NCBI GenBank assembly: GCA_964430885.1
Contig: CAYSHM010000007.1
Location: forward strand, 1 to 64,000
DNA from: an uncultured archaeon
GTDB lineage: Archaea; Thermoplasmatota; Penumbrarchaeia; JASLWR01
DNA: 64,000 nt
Direction of reading: 5' to 3'
Shown: in pieces, positions 1 to 9,814 of the stretch
Layout of the letters: each line of letters begins with the position of its first letter
How positions within the stretch are numbered: the stretch's first letter is position 1
The notes under the pieces: model-generated
The model's database searches: none
Told to the model about the DNA's origin: nothing
Seen by the model: the letters and a program-made list of their open reading frames with translations, nothing else
Made by a program: the position numbers and the translations under genes

Positions 1-60
1 ATTGTTATAATGAATATTTTGGTTACTGGAGGTTAATTCTCGGGCGGGCTCCTAGGAGAA

Positions 61-933
61 ATGAATATGTTAACTCATCTGGACTGCATACCATGTTTCC
101 AAAGACAGGCGCTTCAGGCAGCAAGGTTCGTAACTAAGGACCTGGAGATACAAGAGATGATCCTGCGGAAAGTCATGGAAGAACTGGTTTCTCTTGATTG
201 GACAGCATCACCCCCGACCATGGCGAGAAGAGTGCACAGAATAGTCAGAGAGGTAACAGGAGCGGATGACCCCTATAGAGAAGCAAAGGTCAAGGCCAAT
301 GAACTGGTATTGAAAATATATCCCGAACTTAAACGTGAAGTAAAAGAGGCGGTGGATCCCCTATTAAGAGCTATTAAATTGGCCATAGCTGGAAATATCA
401 TCGACCTGGGTGCTGCTGATGGCTATGACCTTGAGAAAACCCTGAAGGATGTCAGGGGGAAGGAGATCAGGGTTAACGATTACGAAAATTTCAAGAGTGA
501 ATTGATGAAAGCCAAAAGCATAATTTATCTGGCCGATAATTCAGGTGAAATTGTATTCGACAAATTGCTATTGGAAACCATTCTTGGACTGCATAAAATT
601 GAAAAAATTAAATTCGTTGTCAAAGGTGCGCCCATTATTAATGACGCCACTGAAAGAGAAGCATTGGAAGCTGGACTTGGGGATATCTCTCAGATCGAAT
701 TCCATAGAATGGGAACGGGGGTCCAAGGAAGCGGAGATTTGAGGGAAAGCCCTGAATTTGGTGAATTTCTAAAAACCGGCGATATGGTCATATCAAAGGG
801 CCAGGGTAATTTCGAAGGTCTCAGCCATAGGGATGATGTCTTCTTTCTACTTATCGGAAAATGTCCAGTTGTTGCCGGTGAATTGGGCGCCGAACCTGGA
901 GACCTGATACTGAAAGGCGGAGAAAGCTGCTGA
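61..933 (+). CDS. DUF89/ARMT1-like damage-control metal-dependent phosphatase
   Basis: N-terminal DCIPC, DPY..K..AN, AIAGNIIDLG, YLADNSGEIVFD, PIINDAT, VISKGQGNFEGL and C-terminal KCPVVA motifs typical of DUF89. Confidence 0.9.
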   Translation: MNMLTHLDCIPCFQRQALQAARFVTKDLEIQEMILRKVMEELVSLDWTASPPTMARRVHRIVREVTGADDPYREAKVKANELVLKIYPELKREVKEAVDPLLRAIKLAIAGNIIDLGAADGYDLEKTLKDVRGKEIRVNDYENFKSELMKAKSIIYLADNSGEIVFDKLLLETILGLHKIEKIKFVVKGAPIINDATEREALEAGLGDISQIEFHRMGTGVQGSGDLRESPEFGEFLKTGDMVISKGQGNFEGLSHRDDVFFLLIGKCPVVAGELGAEPGDLILKGGESC

Positions 934-1049
934 ATTTTTCTTTTATTTACCCCTGCCATATACATAGTAATCTATTCATAGTAGAAAATTTCATCTAGTC
1001 CGAACTTTTTGAATTGTTGAAAAAAAGAAACTATAAATTAGGTGATAAT

Positions 1050-4046
1050 ATGGGAAAAGCGACCGTAATAGCGGCAATATTGATTGTAATTGCCATAATA
1101 TTGGCTGGAATTGGAGCATTGTTGATGTTCTCAATTGTTCCAAAAAAGGCCGAAGAAGCAACATTTCCTTCGGATTTCGACGACCATTTCGTATACGGAG
1201 GATTCATAGATAAATTAAATACAGGAACCGGCAGTATAGATTCCACTAACTTCACAGTTGACAGACATATCAAGGTGGATGAGAAGCTGGACGGTGGAAA
1301 ACTTAAGATCGACGAACAGGTAACAGCTATTGTCAACGGAACTAATATATCCATACCCGACCTGGCAAAGCACCATGTCTACAATGTGGACGAAAAGGAC
1401 CTTACTCTATCTTATGTGACCAATCATATGGGATACGAACAGAACTATACTGACGCTGACAAAGTTAACTGGATATTCCCCCATCCTGTAGACAAGGATG
1501 ATGATTTCAAGATCTGGAACATGAACATTCTGAACTATTCCGAGGCCCATTACCTAGGCAAGGAAAAAAGAGGCGGTGTGGAATGTTATATTTTCAGAGG
1601 AGAGGAAGTAGAGTACGAGATACCCTTACCTGAATCACTTAAAACCTCACTGGGTGCTTTGGGGCCCGGTTCCAGAATGACCATTTCACTATGGGAAAAG
1701 GCATGGGTCCACCCCCTTTCCGGGACAATTGTGGATTTCGAGAAGGAGATCCAGCAGTTCCTTTATCTTCCGCCCCTTCCTGAGATACCTGAAGTAGTTT
1801 ATCCCTCTGATCTGGACTCAACCACAGTGTTCAACGGATCAGTGACAATATTCGATCCTGCAACATCAAGTTTCAATTCATTCCCGCAGGTGACAGTTGA
1901 AAGAAATATTGCCGTAACCAACAGCAGCGGATACGACCTGACAGCCACCGAGACGGTGACAGCCACCGCAGCAGGAGGAATTCCCCTGGATGCACTGGGC
2001 TCCACAGTTCCGGTCATATTCAACTCCAAGACCGGCGAGCACAGCGGATTGGGAAGGAACGGAACCTATCTATTCCCCCTGACAGGTATGGAGAAGACAG
2101 ATTACAAGATCTGGGATGACGGGTTCGGAAAGCAGCTCACTGCCAAATATATGGGTATGGAGAACACCTCATTCGCGCCCCTTAAAGCATACATCTATCA
2201 TGTTGAGGAGATCAAGGGCGCATACGCGGTTGGCGGTGTTGCCACACTGGATATGACCTACTGGGTTGAGCCCCAGACAGGCATCGTCCTTGATGCAAAC
2301 AAGAAGGTCTGGAACTGGAGAGAACAGGATGCAAGAAGACTTCCCGCAGATACAGATTCCATCAACAAGACCGTCACCCTCAATACCACGATAGACATAA
2401 TCAATCCTCTTGACCAATCACTTACCTCAATGGAGATATATATCGAACAGGTAATTGAGTGTGAAGGATATACCGATGCCACATTTTCCGTGGCCAAGAT
2501 CACCGAGACCATGACCAAATACCTGCCCAACGGCACTCCCATGGCACCATCTGTGGCTACCAAGTTCGGAGTCAAAGCGGACACAATGGAGTATGTGAAC
2601 GTCAACGGCTGGTCAACAGAGGACAGGACCGGTGTGTTCACCTTCCCGGTGGGAATACTGGATGACAACGGTAATGTCAGCACTACATATACACTGTACA
2701 ATTCCGACCTGATGATGTCCTTCCCGGCAGTTCTTGACAGCCAGGAAGATTTCAACGGCAGGGAGGCGGCCAAGTATGTAATGGAACTTACAGGAATACC
2801 CCTGACCCTTCAGCAGGCAATCGGTGCCATAGGTCAAGACCCCGGCGTTCCCGGAGCAGGTTATTCCTACGGATGCAGCTTCATATATACAGTAGATATC
2901 GACACCGGCACACTTCTGGACCTTGAGAGGAACATGGATATTACCATACATCCTCCAACCTACGACTACCTGTATGACACACTGGAATCCACTACCGTGC
3001 TCCAGGGTACATACGGAGGCAATCTTATAACAATTACACAGACCCTGACCGGAACCGATGCTGGCGACGGCACAACGATGATCAATGTCACCAAGACATA
3101 CGAGTATCCAAACGGAACGGATTTCCTTCCGCCTATCGAGGGAGGAACACTTATCAATACAACATCTCACCAGATGCTTTATGCGAACGGAACCCCCACC
3201 GGAATGTACATGCTGTTCCCGGCAAACCCGACCCAGATGAACTCATATCCTATGATGTTCACCGTCGGGGAACATGCACTTATCAGCGCTGCCGTCAAGG
3301 GCGGAGAGACCGGAGTTGCGGTCTGGTACAACTGGACGGGCCAGGAAATAGTGGACGGAGGTCTGTTCAGCGCTAATCTGGCGGGTGTGAATGTGACCAT
3401 GACCCTAAGTCATAATTATCTTGTTGACAAGCTCACCGGTAGCGTGCTGGATACCTCTGCGGTCCTTAGGCTGGTCAATGCATCCATACCAATGGATGAG
3501 ACAACCACCTTCACCACAACATCCACAACCCAAACCTCAATGCAGACCTCCAATGCAATGGTGGGCTGGGCTCTGTCAGGTGCGGATATGACCATCCTTT
3601 CCGTGCAGACCGTTCTTTCAGACAATGATGTGACAGCTGCTGTTGGTAAGGCTGCATTCACATCGCCTCTTCTGGATATCGCTGACGGAGATGAACCGGC
3701 ACTCATACTGGATATCTCCTTTGATGAGGATACAAAGGCATCAATGGTTGTTAAATACGAGGAAACCATGGCAAGCCTGGCCGACCTGGAAGCACTTAAA
3801 GGCGCTCATCAGATGGACGGGCTTCTGAAGTCCATGAACAACAGAGTGGCATATGTATACTACAAACAGGTCTGGGAGGATGTCGATGACAACAAGGGAT
3901 CCGTTGATTACTGGGGCGGTTTTGCCAAAGATAAAGAGGACGAATATAATTTCGCCGCCAAAACCATACCCACAATCCTGTACCTTTTAGCGGTCCTTCT
4001 GATCATTGTCGGAGTGATCTTCATAATCATGGACAGGCGGAACTGA
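1050..4046 (+). CDS. Membrane-anchored protein with four DUF3068 (PorA-like) units and N- and C-terminal TM helices
   Basis: ATG at 1050 after GGTGA RBS. Hydrophobic helices at both ends. Four copies of a P-x-D ... FP ... V(E/D/H)xx(T/S)Gxx(L/V)D unit (VHPLSGTIVD, VEPQTGIVLD, VDIDTGTLLD, VDKLTGSVLD). Confidence 0.7.
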   Translation: MGKATVIAAILIVIAIILAGIGALLMFSIVPKKAEEATFPSDFDDHFVYGGFIDKLNTGTGSIDSTNFTVDRHIKVDEKLDGGKLKIDEQVTAIVNGTNISIPDLAKHHVYNVDEKDLTLSYVTNHMGYEQNYTDADKVNWIFPHPVDKDDDFKIWNMNILNYSEAHYLGKEKRGGVECYIFRGEEVEYEIPLPESLKTSLGALGPGSRMTISLWEKAWVHPLSGTIVDFEKEIQQFLYLPPLPEIPEVVYPSDLDSTTVFNGSVTIFDPATSSFNSFPQVTVERNIAVTNSSGYDLTATETVTATAAGGIPLDALGSTVPVIFNSKTGEHSGLGRNGTYLFPLTGMEKTDYKIWDDGFGKQLTAKYMGMENTSFAPLKAYIYHVEEIKGAYAVGGVATLDMTYWVEPQTGIVLDANKKVWNWREQDARRLPADTDSINKTVTLNTTIDIINPLDQSLTSMEIYIEQVIECEGYTDATFSVAKITETMTKYLPNGTPMAPSVATKFGVKADTMEYVNVNGWSTEDRTGVFTFPVGILDDNGNVSTTYTLYNSDLMMSFPAVLDSQEDFNGREAAKYVMELTGIPLTLQQAIGAIGQDPGVPGAGYSYGCSFIYTVDIDTGTLLDLERNMDITIHPPTYDYLYDTLESTTVLQGTYGGNLITITQTLTGTDAGDGTTMINVTKTYEYPNGTDFLPPIEGGTLINTTSHQMLYANGTPTGMYMLFPANPTQMNSYPMMFTVGEHALISAAVKGGETGVAVWYNWTGQEIVDGGLFSANLAGVNVTMTLSHNYLVDKLTGSVLDTSAVLRLVNASIPMDETTTFTTTSTTQTSMQTSNAMVGWALSGADMTILSVQTVLSDNDVTAAVGKAAFTSPLLDIADGDEPALILDISFDEDTKASMVVKYEETMASLADLEALKGAHQMDGLLKSMNNRVAYVYYKQVWEDVDDNKGSVDYWGGFAKDKEDEYNFAAKTIPTILYLLAVLLIIVGVIFIIMDRRN

Positions 4047-4075
4047 GAGCAGTATTATGAAAACTCTGTATTAAC

Positions 4076-4126
4076 GCCCTGACCCTGATTTGAGGTACTG
4101 AACCTTCAGGGAACGGGCTTTTTTTT
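4076..4126 (+). terminator. Hairpin plus T-tract terminator
   Basis: GCCC/GGGC, CCCTGA/TCAGGG and AGGT/ACCT nested pairs followed by T8, 30 nt after the stop at 4046. Confidence 0.6.
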
Positions 4127-4235
4127 ATTTTAATAAGGATAATAGAAATTCTCTTAAAAGGATTCGAATATGTCCAATTGATTTATACGCTCAATGAATC
4201 TAAATCAACACGGAAATGAATTATTGAACTAGGAG

Positions 4236-4775
4236 ATGAACTTCATGGATGCTGGCAGAGAGAACGATCGTAAGATGCTTCAGGGAATGGAAAAGGAAGA
4301 ACTTATTGATCTTTTATTTTTACAGATGAGGAACCTATGGGCCGTGGACGGCCTTTACTATCTGGGTATAGAGGCGCAGCACGGGACAGAGAACGCTACC
4401 GGAATAGACGCAGATGTCTGGAACCTTATGGGAAAGATAGAAGCCAGAAGACTCCAGAAAGAACTCGGCAAGAGAGGAGATACCGTTAAGGAAATAATGG
4501 ACGCACTCCGGCTTACAAGCTGGGCACTTGACCTTGAGGAAAAAGAGGTTCAGATTGTTGGTGAAGAAGCTTACTTGGGTGTGATCAACTGCCGGACCCA
4601 GAATACCCGTGTAGGTAAAGGTTTGCCGGTGTTCCCCTGCAAAAAGGTGAGATGGAACTACCTCAAGACCTTCGCCAATACCATGAATCCGAAAGCCAAG
4701 GTTGACTGTGTTCACTGTCCGCCGGATGACCGGAACGGGGACGAATGGTGCAGATGGCGGTTATATTTGGAATAA
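4236..4775 (+). CDS. DUF6125-family Cys-containing protein
   Basis: NLWAVDGLYYLGIE, C-R-T-Q..R..GL..FPCK and VDCVHCPPD...WCRW patterns. GGAG RBS. Confidence 0.75.
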   Translation: MNFMDAGRENDRKMLQGMEKEELIDLLFLQMRNLWAVDGLYYLGIEAQHGTENATGIDADVWNLMGKIEARRLQKELGKRGDTVKEIMDALRLTSWALDLEEKEVQIVGEEAYLGVINCRTQNTRVGKGLPVFPCKKVRWNYLKTFANTMNPKAKVDCVHCPPDDRNGDEWCRWRLYLE

Positions 4776-4875
4776 GTGATGGACAATCCTTTAAAATAAT
4801 TTGAAAACACTAAAATATTAATGCAGAATTATTATCCCGTAATGGATTTATAACAGTGTTATATTATTATATTAT

Positions 4876-6117
4876 TTGATAAAAGCTGATAGAGCTCAAG
4901 GTGATTCAATATATCTCACACTCATCTATAAATCATTCATAAAGCGGAAGGCCCGCTATATTCTGCCGATAATCGCTTTGATAATCGGAGTATCCATTGC
5001 ATCTGGGCTTCTCATGGTCTCACTGGATATGGAGGAGAAGATCGCAATGGAGCTAAGGGACTACGGCCCCAATCTGATAGCTGTACCTGAGAGCGAGGAG
5101 ATCGAGCTCACCATCGGCGGTATGAACATCGGATCGGTCAGCGAAACCAAATACATTCCCGAGAGCAGTGCGGTGCTTTTCAGAGAACTGCCTTTGGACG
5201 TCTACGAGGGAAAGATATGTGTGGAACCCGGTGTCAATGCATTTCTGTACTCTGTTGTAAAGGTAGACAATTCCACAGAAGTCATACTTGCAGGCACATG
5301 GTTCGACGAGCTTCTTTTTATCAACTCCTGGTGGTCCATAGAAGGTGAATACCCCGTGGATGACAGTTCGGTAGTGATAGGAAAGACCGCTGCCGAGAAG
5401 CTGGGAAAGAATGTCGGGGATACAATGATCCTGACCTATTCAGAGTTCTACAGCAATGAGACAGGTACTCATGAGTATCTGGCATCCAAGGAGTTCCGCA
5501 TAACCGGTATAGTGAACACCGGCGGTGAGGACGATTCTAGGATTTTCTGCAACCTGGATGCGGCCCAGAACCTCACCGGAAGGGAGAACAAGATCAATAT
5601 ACTCCACATTTCCACATTATGCAACAAATGTACACCGGACGCTATAGCCTATATTATCGAGCGTGAGGTCCCGGACATAGATGTGCTCACGGTCAAGCAG
5701 ATAGCCAATGCCGAGAGGGATACACTTGATCTTATACAGAATCTAGTCGGATTCATTTCCATAATCGCAGTATTTACTTCCATCCTTGCTGTTATGACCA
5801 CCATGACCCTGGGTGTTATCGAATCCAAGAAGGAGATAGGGCTCATGAAGGCTGTGGGGGCTGACAATTCAACCGTGGGGCTGCTCTTCTTCGGTGAGGG
5901 CTGTATTATAGCATTCATAGGAGGTCTGGCCGGATTCGGACTAGGTATTGTGACAGCCCGGATAATAGGAAATATGGTGTTCGACAGCGCCATACATCTG
6001 AAATGGTGGATAATATTCGCTTCCCTGGGACTGGCCTTTGTCACAGTGATTCTGGCATCCTTGCTTCCCATCCGAAAGGCCCTGAAGGTTGACCCTGCAG
6101 TAGTATTGAGAGGATAA
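4876..6117 (+). CDS. MacB/FtsX-type ABC transporter permease
   Basis: N-terminal TM, YGPNL, large extracytoplasmic domain, E..KEIGLMKAVGA motif, three C-terminal TMs ending DPAVVLRG. Start uncertain (TTG). Confidence 0.9.
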   Translation: MIKADRAQGDSIYLTLIYKSFIKRKARYILPIIALIIGVSIASGLLMVSLDMEEKIAMELRDYGPNLIAVPESEEIELTIGGMNIGSVSETKYIPESSAVLFRELPLDVYEGKICVEPGVNAFLYSVVKVDNSTEVILAGTWFDELLFINSWWSIEGEYPVDDSSVVIGKTAAEKLGKNVGDTMILTYSEFYSNETGTHEYLASKEFRITGIVNTGGEDDSRIFCNLDAAQNLTGRENKINILHISTLCNKCTPDAIAYIIEREVPDIDVLTVKQIANAERDTLDLIQNLVGFISIIAVFTSILAVMTTMTLGVIESKKEIGLMKAVGADNSTVGLLFFGEGCIIAFIGGLAGFGLGIVTARIIGNMVFDSAIHLKWWIIFASLGLAFVTVILASLLPIRKALKVDPAVVLRG

Positions 6118-6121
6118 TTAA

Positions 6122-6862
6122 ATGAAAAAAGCAGCTATAGACATCAGAGGCGTATACAAGAGATACGATCAGAATACTGTTGCAGTCAAAGGTCTGGACT
6201 TGAAGATCAACAAGGGTGAATGGACCGTTATCATGGGCCCTTCTGGTTCCGGCAAGACCACTCTTTTGAATATGATCTCCTGTCTGGATAGGCCAACAAA
6301 GGGAACAATCCATGTTCTGGGACAGGACATCAATAAGATGAACAACAAGACCCTGACAAAGTTCAGAAGGGAAAATATAGGGATAGTGTTCCAGGAGTAC
6401 CACCTGATACCCTATCTAAATGCCCTGGAAAATGTCATGGTCGCCCAGAGGATGCACAGCATAGTGGACAAGGCATCGGCAAAAGCTGCCCTTGAGAACA
6501 TCGGATTATCCGACAGGCTTACGCATACACCTGCAAAGCTTTCCGGGGGGGAAAAACAGAGGGTTGCCATTGCCAGGGCTCTGATCAATGAACCCACCAT
6601 TATACTTGCCGATGAACCCACTGGCAACCTGGATCGAAAGACTGGCGGAAAGATCATGAATATCTTCAAGAAGCTCAGAAGAAAAGGCCAAACCCTGATA
6701 TTTATCACCCACGACCCCGAACTTGCAAGGGAAGGTGATAGGGTGATCTACCTTGTTGACGGTAAATTGAACGCAGATTCTTCAACGAGTGAGAAGAACA
6801 TGAATGATTTTATCGATTCCCTGATAAGATTGAATAAAAATAATGGCGCAGATAAGAAATAG
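6122..6862 (+). CDS. ABC transporter ATP-binding protein (LolD/MacB type)
   Basis: [37 protein letters not shown]. Confidence 0.95.
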   Translation: MKKAAIDIRGVYKRYDQNTVAVKGLDLKINKGEWTVIMGPSGSGKTTLLNMISCLDRPTKGTIHVLGQDINKMNNKTLTKFRRENIGIVFQEYHLIPYLNALENVMVAQRMHSIVDKASAKAALENIGLSDRLTHTPAKLSGGEKQRVAIARALINEPTIILADEPTGNLDRKTGGKIMNIFKKLRRKGQTLIFITHDPELAREGDRVIYLVDGKLNADSSTSEKNMNDFIDSLIRLNKNNGADKK

Positions 6863-6911
6863 GTAAACCTGACAGCTAAAATTATATGAAGGTATATGAA
6901 GGTGAAATTGG

Positions 6912-7592
6912 ATGGCTGACAAGATCTCTGACAATGATGAGTATGAAGAGTGCCAGCACTGCAAAAGCAAGGTCAAATCCGTGAATATGGATAAACACAT
7001 AAGAAAGGTGCATGGCGGAAGCATTTCAAATTCAAAGATAGGTAGTAAAGGGAGCGGTGCTGGAAAATCCGCATCCGGCCGATTGGCACTTCTGGAGGAA
7101 AAACGGAAAAAGAGGAACAAGGTATTGGCAGTGAGCGCTTTGGTGATACTGATACTGGCAGGCGGTTGGTGGGTTTACAGTAATTTCATGGGTAATTCTA
7201 ATCCTTCATCCAACACTAACATAGGCAAGGCATGGGAAGACGATACGCACATCTACGTTCCCGTTTCAAGAATGGACGACGGAGAACTTCATAAATACAG
7301 CTACAAGACTCAGGAAGGGAAGGTTCTGAGGTATTTTCTCATAAGGGGACCGGATAGCAAATATCACGCAGGAATAGATCTATGTGTTAAACTGCATCCT
7401 GGAAACACAGGATGGATCCAGGAGGACGACATGATAGTCTGTCAGGGTGAGTTCTGCAGCTACCCCATCAATGCTCTCAACAGCGGTCAGCCAGGATGCT
7501 GCACTCCCATGGATCTTGAGTTCCAGATAGTTGATGGTAATTACCAGATCCGCAAGGACGATCTTGAAGCAGCAGGCCAGTACTTGCAGTGA
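6912..7592 (+). CDS. Membrane protein with N-terminal C2H2 Zn finger and DUF2318-like (putative Fe-S) domain
   Basis: CQHC-x12-HIRKVH, one TM, then DDGELHKYSY...RYFLI...DLC...IVC...GCCTP resembling DUF2318. Follows a MacB ABC pair. Confidence 0.7.
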   Translation: MADKISDNDEYEECQHCKSKVKSVNMDKHIRKVHGGSISNSKIGSKGSGAGKSASGRLALLEEKRKKRNKVLAVSALVILILAGGWWVYSNFMGNSNPSSNTNIGKAWEDDTHIYVPVSRMDDGELHKYSYKTQEGKVLRYFLIRGPDSKYHAGIDLCVKLHPGNTGWIQEDDMIVCQGEFCSYPINALNSGQPGCCTPMDLEFQIVDGNYQIRKDDLEAAGQYLQ

Positions 7593-7662
7593 ACATTCCA
7601 ATATTTTTTATCGCCTGTGAGCCGTAAATCAACACACTTCTTCTTTAACCCATTTACCCCTC

Positions 7663-8808
7663 TCAGCTTACCTCCATCTTTCCGATCCTCAACACCGAGA
7701 GCACTATAAATGCTACAGGCAGCAGCAGACTCAAAATCATGGAAAAGGGGGCCGACACATAGTTATTTGCCGGCAGGGTTGTTAATTGGAAACCCTGATC
7801 TGGATCCAATGTATCCATGAATGCTGCCGGGTCGTATGTTCCGGCTGTGAAACCGAATATCAGTTGGAAGTTGGGGGAAAGGTCTACGGAGAACCCCTGC
7901 AGCAGGCTTATGTATACATTCCCTAGAATATATCCTATATCCAGATAATTCAGGTAGAATTTCAGATATGTGTTGGTTCCCAGAAGCCTGAAGAATAGAA
8001 AGCCGATATAGAAGAACATCACCAGAAATGCTATTATCAGTATAGTATGAGCTGTCTTCTTGAGAGCGGTAGACAGCAAAAGGGCAATTGAGCCGAAGAA
8101 TATGCTCACAATGAAGGAGTAAAGCAGCAGAGGCGGCAGAAAAGCCAGCATGGACGGGAAAACAGACATATGACAGCCTGAGAAATATATCATCAGATAT
8201 ATGCTCAATAGGAATGCCAGTATCTCAACGAAGGCAAAGAGAATAAAGAATGCCAAGAACTTCCCTATTATGATCTCCCATCTTCTGAGGGGTTTGGTCA
8301 CCAGCTGGAGCATGGTCCCCTGGGTACGCTCAGCCGTCACTATGGAGGATATGGTTCCGGCGCTCATGAAGACCAATGGTATTCCTGCTATCCAGAGGTA
8401 GGAGAGAACAAAGAGATAATCAGTCAATTTTACTACCTGCATATCTATTGGATAACTGGATATCTTGGATGACATGAAGAAGGAAGTGATAACCGGAACT
8501 GCAAGGAGTATCACTAGGTAGACAATTATCCTTCTTAGGGTGAAAATATCCTTCAAGGCTCTTCCGGTTATAACGTGGAACTTGAAAGCGCTGCTGGCCT
8601 TCTTGGGTTCTCTGGACCTGGACAGCATGGTCAAGCCCCCGCCCTTTTTGACCTTCTCCCCCTCCCCGGCTCCGGGCTTCTCAATATTATTCTCATTATT
8701 ATTCTGATCGACCGTTGTATCTTCCATACCATTACCCCATTCCTGCTCCTTCGCACCACCCCATTCATCCCAACCATCAGCCTGTGGGCCACCTCGACGC
8801 CTAACCAT
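7663..8808 (-). CDS. ABC-2 type exporter permease
   Basis: Six or more TMs; ERTQGTMLQLVTKPLRRWEIIIGKF motif. Overlaps the stop of the upstream ATPase gene. Confidence 0.9.
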   Translation of the reverse strand: MVRRRGGPQADGWDEWGGAKEQEWGNGMEDTTVDQNNNENNIEKPGAGEGEKVKKGGGLTMLSRSREPKKASSAFKFHVITGRALKDIFTLRRIIVYLVILLAVPVITSFFMSSKISSYPIDMQVVKLTDYLFVLSYLWIAGIPLVFMSAGTISSIVTAERTQGTMLQLVTKPLRRWEIIIGKFLAFFILFAFVEILAFLLSIYLMIYFSGCHMSVFPSMLAFLPPLLLYSFIVSIFFGSIALLLSTALKKTAHTILIIAFLVMFFYIGFLFFRLLGTNTYLKFYLNYLDIGYILGNVYISLLQGFSVDLSPNFQLIFGFTAGTYDPAAFMDTLDPDQGFQLTTLPANNYVSAPFSMILSLLLPVAFIVLSVLRIGKMEVS

Positions 8809-9814
8809 TCATACCACCTCCAATATTAACATCGGCATTACCCCCTGGTGGACTGCCGCCACCGCCTTCCCGGCCTGCCATCTTGCTCTCTGCCACAGCC
8901 CGCAGGAATATATCCTCCAGGGTCACATCCTCCTTGGCAAAGGTATGAAGGCGTGTATCCATGGACCTGACCATCAGGGGTATGTCGTCCTTCAGCCTGT
9001 TTGCGTCCTCGGAGATCACATGAAGATTGTCCCTCTCGTCGAACCACATCTTGGGAACATATTCCTTTTTCTTGAACTCCTCGAACATGTCGTCGTTGTG
9101 GTCAGTATCCAGGATGAAATGGTCGCCTGCATAAAGGTTCTTCAGGTTCTCAAGCCTATCGGATAACAGGATACGTCCTGCATTGATTATTGTCACCTCG
9201 TCGGCAAGTTTCTCGATCTCCCATAATATATGGCTGGACACCAGAACTGTCAACTGCTTCTCGTCTGCAAGGGAGCGTATCTGGTCGATAATATTTGCCC
9301 TGCCTATTGGATCGAGGTTGGCGGTGGGTTCGTCGAGTATCAGTATGTCCGGCTCGTGAATAAGCGCCTGGGCTAGACCTGCTTTCTGCTTCATACCTGC
9401 GGAGAATGCGTTCACATCCCTCTCCATTGCTTCCTCAAGCTCCAGCCACTCAATGAGCTCCATAGCGTTGTTCCGAGAGCGCTTTCGGCTCAATCCGCCA
9501 AGACGACCCAGATATACCAGGTAATTGTAGAAAGAATAATGGTAGAACTTGGGATGTTCAGGGAGATATCCAATATGGGATTTTGCCTTCACGGAACCCG
9601 CCCTGTGACCCCTTACGTATGCCTTGCCGGAGGTGATGGATATGGCCCCTACAAGCATCTTTATTGTGGTACTCTTGCCAGCACCGTTGGGCCCAAGGAA
9701 TCCGTGTATACCGCTCTCTACCTTGATGTCAATACCTTTCACGGCATGGAAAGCGGATGGGCCTACTCCGAACTTCTTGTTAAGGTCCCTGGTCTCTATT
9801 GCATATTCAGTCAA
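8801..9814 (-). CDS. ABC-2 type exporter ATP-binding protein
   Basis: GPNGAGKST, FSAGMKQK, LDEPTANLD, VSSH, LEDIFL. Real start judged to be TTG at 9814 after GGGGGTGA, overlapping the stop of the giant gene. Confidence 0.92.
   Translation of the reverse strand: MTEYAIETRDLNKKFGVGPSAFHAVKGIDIKVESGIHGFLGPNGAGKSTTIKMLVGAISITSGKAYVRGHRAGSVKAKSHIGYLPEHPKFYHYSFYNYLVYLGRLGGLSRKRSRNNAMELIEWLELEEAMERDVNAFSAGMKQKAGLAQALIHEPDILILDEPTANLDPIGRANIIDQIRSLADEKQLTVLVSSHILWEIEKLADEVTIINAGRILLSDRLENLKNLYAGDHFILDTDHNDDMFEEFKKKEYVPKMWFDERDNLHVISEDANRLKDDIPLMVRSMDTRLHTFAKEDVTLEDIFLRAVAESKMAGREGGGGSPPGGNADVNIGGGMNG

Noticed and set aside
916-960. Cys-TGA ending of the DUF89 gene as possible selenocysteine readthrough
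   Set aside because: The domain is already complete, the downstream DNA is a T-rich terminator-like tract, and I see no SECIS-like element.
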